A DNA stretch of 64,000 bases from Eledone cirrhosa (taxonomy: Eukaryota). Positions 56,291 through 64,000 of the stretch are shown one piece after another. The stretch is taken from the NCBI GenBank assembly GCA_964016885.1, contig OZ024740.1, forward strand, positions 200,632,001 through 200,696,000, written 5' to 3'. Below the pieces are notes generated by a model. It was not told the DNA's origin. It saw only the letters and a list, made by a program, of their open reading frames with translations, and did not search any database. Positions within the stretch are counted from its first letter, which is position 1. Each line of letters begins with the position of its first letter. A program made the translations under genes and the position numbers.

Positions 56291-57149
56291 TCGAAATATA
56301 ATACGTGAATGTAATAGATAAAATCCATGGGGCTGAAAATCGAGGACCCGAGGGCGACCGCTATTCTGTTCCTTCAACCTCAGCCGGTCGCCCTCGAGTG
56401 ACGTGGCTAAAGTTTATAGTATGCTACTACCGGTCAGATAAACGAAAACAGAAAGGGATGGGAACATAAGTTAGCGTCAATCTCATGACACAAGGTAAAA
56501 GAAAGGAAGGAAGGAAGGAGAGAGAAGAAGGGGGAAGAAAGAAGAAGAGAAACCAGGGTTAATGTCAGCTAAAAGAAGAAAGACAACTACTACCGGTCAG
56601 ATATAGGCAAGCAAGAGGGGGAAGGAAGATAAGTCTCCGGGAGGAAGACAGGAAGAGGGGAGAAGAGAAGGAAGAGAAGAGAGAAGTAGAAAAGTAAGGG
56701 TTGATGGCTACAAGAAGGAAGATAGAAAGAGTGCGGAAGGAAGGTCGATATTAATGTCACACCACAGTCAGGCCAGGAGTAGCGCGAGAAAATTTTCACA
56801 GGGACCCGCATCTTAGCAGAGGTGAATATATTGGGAGTCAGTGTGTTACAATGTTTATACTTATAGGATGAAGTTAAAAAATAAATATATCAGATGCAAG
56901 ATCAAGAACTTAATTGAATTTTTTATGAATTTCGTACTTAAGAAGTCTTGTATTTTTTCTTTGTGTTGGAAGATGGCGAAAATATCTTGTTATTTTTATA
57001 ACTTTATGTATTCATTCATAAATTATTTTATTTAAAATCGATCTATAATAACATAATGACGAAAATATTAATAAGACAATAAAAAAATGAAATAAAGGAG
57101 AAATGAAGGGGAAAAAATATCTATTCTGTTAGTTGAACGGAACCTTGGT

Positions 57150-57480
57150 CTCATTTAGCGATCACTGCTACATCAGTCATTCCACAAGTTTCACTTGCGG
57201 ATTAAATTATTCCCCTCTTTTAACCTCCTGGAAAGCCCAGACGGTTAAGTGTCTTGTAGAGTTAGCCTCTTGCGAAATTCTACTCTATGGGCTAATAATA
57301 CGGTTTCCAGCCTCGTTCCTGGAACATCGTCACAAGTTTCTGTTACTTTGTATGCTTGAGTTTGTTAGCATCTTCAATATGTTATTCTCGGGACACTGTA
57401 AGTTCCCGCATGATCACTTGTATCATCACCTCATATATACATGTAACTATATCAATACATATGATTATATTGTTTAAAGA
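57150..57480 (-). mobile_element. HERO/NeSL-like LINE remnant (restriction-like endonuclease)
   Basis: IDIV...VIMRELTVSRE*HIEDANKLKHTK*QKLVTMFQERGWKPYY*PIE resembles the ELTVPWE...KY...GW...PIEVG pattern. Confidence 0.6.
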
Positions 57481-58691
57481 AGTATGGGAGAGTAATACAT
57501 AATCATGTTATGGCCACCATAACTGGTGAATAGCAAAGCAAGCAAAGTATCCTCAAACCATAGAACTGGCCCAAACGTTTGCCACAGACTAAACTCTACG
57601 GAAAGTAGGGAGACCTAGATATAATTTTAAATCGAGTGATGGATTACACCTATCAAGTAAAGCGGATGACTGTCTCCGAACCGATCGAACTTAGTATGGT
57701 TCATAGACTCAGCATTCTAGACGTCTTTATTGTTATAGGTTCAACAAGAAAGCAATCAGAGTGTAGCTGAAACATTGTCAGCTTGCAGCCCTCTCATTAA
57801 TATAAAAATGGTAGAAAGAATTTATATGTTCATGCATTTTCGGGGAAGGACAACGCATTGGGTCATTTATAGTTTTCATCGCTTCTGAGGCTGGTTAGAT
57901 TAGAGTGAGGGAGTCTAATCAAATGAGAAATCTGATTCATATGCTTGCAACAGTAAGGGGTCTGCTAAAGGCACCGAAATACCAGGTGATGTTGTTAAAC
58001 AGAGTGACGTTTTAAAATATATAAGATTTATGCATATATTCATTGCAATACATCAGTTTTCTGACATTTAAACAGAATTATCAGATGAAACAGCAGTAAT
58101 TTAATAGAAATCTTTATACTATTACTGCTTAAGAAATATTCTTCTTATAGTTGGTGGAAATATATTCTGAAATACGGTCTTAATATAATTTAGAAAGATT
58201 CATCTAAATGCTATTGCATTGAATCTTATGAATAGTTTAAAACATCAACGCCGGAGATGTTATTGAACAGTCCGTCAGGCATAACATCAAACAAATTTTT
58301 GTGTACAGAGTAGTTATCGATTTCATATCAATAGCTGGGTAATTGAATAATTGAAAATATCAATAGTGAATACGCTGTAGTATTAATTATTTAAGTTGTA
58401 TAAAATAAAATAAATATCTTCGTGGTCGGAGAATTATGTATGGTTTTCTAAAATAGAATCACACAATTAAGTGTATTTGACATTCTCAGCGTTCAGAGTA
58501 AAACTTAATTCGTTATTTTAACCATGATGTTGAGATAAGTGACAACATTGAGAACTTGATTTTCCTTTCAATGCAATAAAAATAAATATATAACCTTCAT
58601 TATGAAATATTATTTGACTTCAGAAGAATAGGTTGTAGGTACGTGTCATACATAAATAAATACACACGCGCACACATACACACTCAAACAC

Positions 58692-58740
<49 letters not shown>

Positions 58741-58949
58741 CGTGTGTGTGTGTGTATGTGTGTATATATCTATTTATGTGTGCGTGTGTGTATGTGTGCG
58801 TGTGTGTATTTATTTATATATGTTTATATATATATATATATGTGTGTGTGTGTGAGTGTGTGTCTGTGTCTGTGTGCAACTGTGTGTGTGGGTCTGAGTG
58901 TGTATCTATGTATCTAAGTGGATAATAATATAATAATATTATTAATATA

Positions 58950-59137
58950 GGGCGATGGATTGGCAGTATCGATAGAGAGTCGGACATCATGCTTTGACGC
59001 ATAGAGTTACGGCCCTTTCCATTCTGAGTTCAAACTCCGCCGAGGTCAACTTTGCCTTTCATCCTTACGGGGTCGATAAAATAAAGTACCAGTAATGTAC
59101 TGGGTAATTTGCTGGCCTTGTGCCAAAAGTAGAAACA
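58950..59137 (+). mobile_element. tRNA-derived SINE with ~12-bp TSD (attattaatata); second truncated copy at 59375-59530
   Basis: A/B boxes, Meta-like block, flanking direct repeat. Confidence 0.85.
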
Positions 59138-59619
59138 ATTATTAATATACGGTTCGTTTGCAAGGAAACAGCCTCATAACACCATATAAGTTTGTTTGAT
59201 GAATGACGTCATCCGGTTGTGCCTGTGGTAGCAAAGAGCAAGCAGTTATTTCGGCCGGATTTGCCGAAAATTGAAAACAAAATTTATTTTCGCTCCAACG
59301 TGGTGGATACATAAATGTATTCGAGAGTGAATAATAATAATATTAAAATAAAATAACGGCCTTTTATGATCTGATATCAAATCCCGCCGAGGTTAACTTT
59401 GCCTTTCATCCTTGCGGGGTCGATAAAATAAAGTACCAGTCACGCACTGGGGTCAATTTCATCGACCCCCCCCCCCCCCCCCAAAAAAAAAAAAAATTGC
59501 TGGCCTTGTGCCTAAATAAGAAACTATTATTAATATTCAGTTCGTTTGCAAGCAACCAGCCATATAACAGCATGTGTGTTTTCAAGACGACTGCCGTCAT
59601 CCCTTTGTTCTAAGAAGAT

Positions 59620-60300
59620 GGTGTGATTTAGACTTCACCCCTACCTTTGTGTACATCAGTGACCAAGATTTAGAATTAGTGGTCCATGCCCAAAACTCCG
59701 CCTTTATAACAACGTATACTTGTGTAAAGATACCAGAAAGATACCCAGAAAATTAATTAGACATCTCGATTGTGTCCTGCGACAGCGCTGATGTCTGGGA
59801 TCTGGTTGAATTATATGTCCTTCATACGCTTAAATGTAAACTTGATAAAACACTATTTGCTTATATCGAGAACATGGCCTTTGTTTAGTACACTATTGCA
59901 ATCAACTAAACCCAGATAATGTGCGGAACTATTTAATAAAAACCTTTCTCAGGTTCGGACATATCATTATAGTTGACACCTTCCTAATATCAATCTTCTT
60001 GATTTTAACTTAGGCTTAACCACAGATACGTGTGAACCAAAATAAACCTAATAACAAACTGAAATATATTAACAAAAGTTCCTCCGATCCCCTTTATCTA
60101 CTAATGGTATATTCGGAAAGGCAGCACCATACTACAGCAAGGCTCTTATAGATAGCGGCTTCAAATTGGAAGAACCCATTCGAAACTATCCAGTTAATTT
60201 ATGTAATGCATCCAATATAAACCTGGCACATTAAACTTTCTACCTGTTTGTAACACTGCACACTTCCAGTACCGATCACAGTAACAGGTAAGTATACACT
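59620..60300 (+). pseudogene. Decayed Hydra-like PLE RT fragment
   Basis: DISIVSCDSADVWDLVELYVL...LYREHGL...NLLDFNLGLTTDT...KPNNKLKYINKSSSDP. Confidence 0.7.
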
Positions 60301-60600
60301 TCAAGAACCATCTTGCTACTTTCCTGTAACTATATTCTATACACATATTATCACAACTATACCTTGAAACCTAATGTAGTGCAATGCATGTTACGTGTAT
60401 GAATATTAATATATGCTAAATTACTGCTCTTTGCACTAGATTCAGCACATTTTCGCCCTATTCCCTCCCACGATCATTTTTGCTGCATACACATGTTGAC
60501 ACACACACACATACACATACACAGTCATACACAAACTCACATACACACACACACATGTATGTATATATATGTGTGTGTATATACATATATATATATATAT

Positions 60601-60790
60601 AACGAAGGAAGCGTGGTAAGGAACCAGGTGGACAATAACGCACCAGAGTACTCAATACTTTGGGTAGTAGAGTGGGTAAAAGAAAAGGTTCAGGGCCCCG
60701 ACGGCAGAGTTGAAGCCGTTTCGACAGCTATTTCCAGAAATAGCCGTCGAGACGGCTTGAGCTCTGTCGTGGGGTTCCTGAACCTTTTCC
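60601..60790. mobile_element. PLE terminal fragment (family B) with a ~52-bp foldback
   Basis: Matches 10043-10175; 60682-60734 is inverted at 60737-60789. Confidence 0.7.
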
Positions 60791-60825
60791 TATATATATA
60801 TATATATATATATCTCTATATATAT

Positions 60826-61047
60826 AAATTATTAGAAATGTAAACTATCGACGTATTTTGACTAAAGAAATTAAAGAAATTATTTAGCCTGATAGTGGGG
60901 TTAAGAACCCTCGGAGAAATGGAAAAAGACGAGTATTGACTCATCTTTTTCCATTTCTCCGAGGGTTCTTAACCCCACTATCAGGCTAAATAATTTCTTT
61001 AATTTCTTTAGTCAAAATACGGCGATAGCTTATTTTTCTAATAATTT
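60826..61047. repeat. Near-perfect ~109-bp-arm hairpin with a 4-nt loop
   Basis: 60826-60934 vs 60939-61047; loop ATTG. Confidence 0.95.
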
Positions 61048-61120
61048 CAAATCAACACGCTGTTTCGAAAATATTCTTACTTGATATATATATAGATAGT
61101 TAGATAGATAGATAGATACA

Positions 61121-64000
61121 TTTCTTTATTAGCCACAAGGGCACAAAAGAAGGGAACAAATACAAATTGGGAGATTACATACAGGTATATGAAAATAAAA
61201 CTATTAATAAAAATAACAAATAACAATTGAAATCCCCAATAGGGGGGGGGGGGGGGCGTTACACAGGGTTGTACACACCTCGAAAAAATGTACAAGCCTC
61301 ATCTCCAGGAGCACCAAGAGCGAGTACTGCACTCCTCTCTTGCTCTTATTCCTCAACCTACAGACTTATATAGAGAGAAGGCCCAACCACTCGGGCCATC
61401 TTTGCCACATTCACTCACCTTTTATAAAATGTGCAGGGGTACAGCACCTCTCTCTCCATCCTGATTCTTCTTCCAAAATTATATTTGAAAAAACGAGTCA
61501 GTTGTTCGTTCGCCGCAGAGAAAGGTGTCTGACCTCAGCACTTTTAACCTCGTCCACCATATACCCTCTTTCACCATGGCCATAACACATAGGAAAACCG
61601 CCTCTCCCTCGTTTTTGAAGGAGGGTGGCGGTTGATCATGACAATGGAATCGGTGGTTAACTGGATTGGTCCCACCCGCGACAATAGTCGTTCTACATAG
61701 CCACACAGGTCGGTAACGCACGGGCAATGTACAAATCCTTGTCTCGCACGCATCTCGGACAGATCTTTTTCGAAGGGTCTCTGCCCGAGCGCCCGTGTCT
61801 GTAGAGCTTGTCTCGAACTGGTAGAGCTCCTCGGTAGCACTGCCAGGCCAGGGACTTTTGGAAGTTGGCCATTGGTCCCTGGCGGAAGGTCCTACCGAAC
61901 AGACTGGCCAGTTCGTCCTCCGCTACGCCCAGAGTTTCTCCGAGCGCGTCGTCGCACTTGCTGCGGACCAACCCTCTATAGAATGACGAAGTGGAGTCTC
62001 CACTGATCGCGGGGTCCCTTTGTTAGAGGACTGTGAGCGCCTGAGCACATTCGATGTGCCAGTCACCCATTATCCGCGGTCTTTGCTTGACCCAGGACTG
62101 CAGCTCGGTCAGCGAGACGAGTTGTGGGAAGGCTCGCCTCACGAACGGGGCCCACACCGGTTGTCCAGTGAGGTTACGTAGAGATGCCGCAGCCTGAGCG
62201 CGTGTTTGCGCATCGTCAGCCATGGCACCCCCAGCCCTCCGTTGGAAGGGTGTTAAAGCAGATGGATCTTCTCACCAAAGGAGCCGGCCTCTTCCAAAGC
62301 AATTGGAAGAGCGCGCGCTCTATTTTGGTGAGCGTTTTGGCTGGACAAGGCACGACGGTCAAGCGGTAGTAGATGGCGGACGCTATATAAGTGTCCCAAC
62401 CTCCGCTCGACCTTTCAAGGAGAGTTTGCACTCGGCCCACTTCTGGGTGAGTGCAAATACCTTGGCCGTCACCTCGTTGCAGTTCTTCTCCACCTGGAGG
62501 TCCGGACGAAAACCAGACACCGAGCATCTTTACCGGTCCTTCCGTCCAGCGTCCGACGACGCCATCGGAAGGCATCGGTTTGCCTCTCCACGATCCGACT
62601 TGAAAACCGATGGACTTGCCCCGGTTCAGCTTCGCTCCTATGAAGCTTTCGTATTCCTGCAGTAAAGTACCGACTTCCTCGATTGCGAGGTACTCGACAT
62701 CATTACTGTGACGTCGTCGGCGGTCCCGGTTCCAGAGGGATGCCCTGCAATAGCTCCAACCTCCGCAGTAGTGGCTCGAGAGTCCGTACGTACAGAAGGG
62801 AGGAGAGAGGGCATCCCTGTCGAATGGATCGCGTGATATGGAACTGCTCCGAGAGGATTCCGTTTACCTTAACCCTTGAGGAGAAGTTGCTGTTGTGCAT
62901 TGCAGCAAACCAGCCCCTGAACACGGATCCAAAGTCTGCCGCCTCGAGCACCGCATCCAGGTAACGATGGTCAACTCTATTGAAAGCCTTAGACTGATCC
63001 AAGTTGATCAGGGTCCCACCGAAGCCGGGTTTACACCCTGCCCTCTCTATGATGTATCGCATGAGGTGGAGGTTGTCATGTATGTACCTGGTCGGGATTG
63101 CGTATGTCTGCGCCTCTCCCACCAGGTTTTCGACGACAAGCGCAAGCCTCTTTGCCAATACCTTGGCCAAAATCTGTAACTCCGTGTTTAGCAGAGTTAT
63201 GGGCCGGAAGTTGCCTATGTCATCTCCCTTATTCTCGTCCTTCCTGACTAGTGTGACTACGCCCCTGGTCACAGAACTGGGAATTCTCCCGTTCTGCTGC
63301 CAGTTGCAGTAGACCGCTTGCAAGAGACCGGAGAACAAGTCCGGCATTGCTACCTAAAATTCATAGGGTAGACCGTCGAGACCTGGAGATTTGCGTTTGC
63401 CGCATTGGCTCAGCGCGTCCCCTATCTCAGCGGCTGAAATCGGATTTTAAGAGAACTTCGCCTCGCTGTCCGAGAGCCGTAGTAGGCCGTCGAGGTATGG
63501 ACCGAAATCCACAGACCCTCCCGGCGCGCCGACTCGCCCGAACATTGGAGCAAAGTGCCGCTGAAAGGCCGCACACATCTGCTTCGGCTCACGTATCACG
63601 CGTCCGTCTTGGTCCTTCAAAGACCGAATCGTGGACTTGTTGCCTTTTTGCTTCCGTCACTCGGGCCCAGCTAACAGCTTTGGCTCCCTCGTTTTCCAGA
63701 GCACGTATTTTGTTTCTGACATCGCAGCCTTCGTGCTTTGCGTCGAAGAACTGGTCCAAGGCCGTTTTCGTCGCTAGCACGCTGGCTACATTTCCACTCC
63801 AAAGTGCCTCTTCTACTTTATCTACCAGTTCCTTTTCGGTCTTATTTCTATCTAACACTAATTCTTTACTAAAACCTATCGAGTCTAATCTAATTTCCCT
63901 CTTGAGAGAGTACCACCATCTGTTGTTAACAATAGCCCCGTCAAGTGCTGCTTAACTAAAGTGCTAATCCGTCTACTGTAGGCTTTGCATGTTGGTAACA
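61121..64000 (-). mobile_element. L1/Tx1-clade LINE ORF2 (RT), frameshifted, continues beyond the window
   Basis: NFRPITLLNTELQILAKVLAKRL...LINLDQSKAFNRVDH...RQGCPLSSLLY; C-terminal LAWQCYRGALPVRDKL...CPRC; AATAAA at the 3' end beside (GATA)n. Confidence 0.93.

Overview
AT-rich, microsatellite-saturated eukaryotic DNA, most likely from an octopod cephalopod (inferred from octopus-type tRNA-derived SINEs and dense (TA)n/(CA)n/(GA)n). Almost all ORFs in the supplied track are microsatellite artefacts, and no confident multi-exon host gene is visible. The window is mainly transposon remnants: several Penelope-like elements (PLEs; Hydra-clade-like with LYRDD RT + CxC + C-terminal GIY-YIG, and one Neptune-like YLDD RT), a complete but decayed 3.8-kb hAT with TIRs and an 8-bp TSD, RTE, R4/Dong-, HERO- and L1/Tx1-type LINE remnants, and about ten SINEs. 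The most interesting signals are non-coding. (i) At least four structurally distinct hammerhead ribozyme (HHR) types sit at PLE ends, including one with a ~60-nt covarying extended stem II and recurring non-canonical cores (CCGUCRA, CAGAAGA). (ii) Two divergent copies of a 612/623-nt terminally redundant, non-coding unit lie in (TA)n, with covarying RNA helices but no complete hammerhead core; this is a candidate circular-RNA/retrozyme-like element. (iii) A foldback-like cassette carries palindromic tandem repeats and lies next to a BACK-like ORF between direct repeats. All folds and alignments were done by eye and need computational confirmation.
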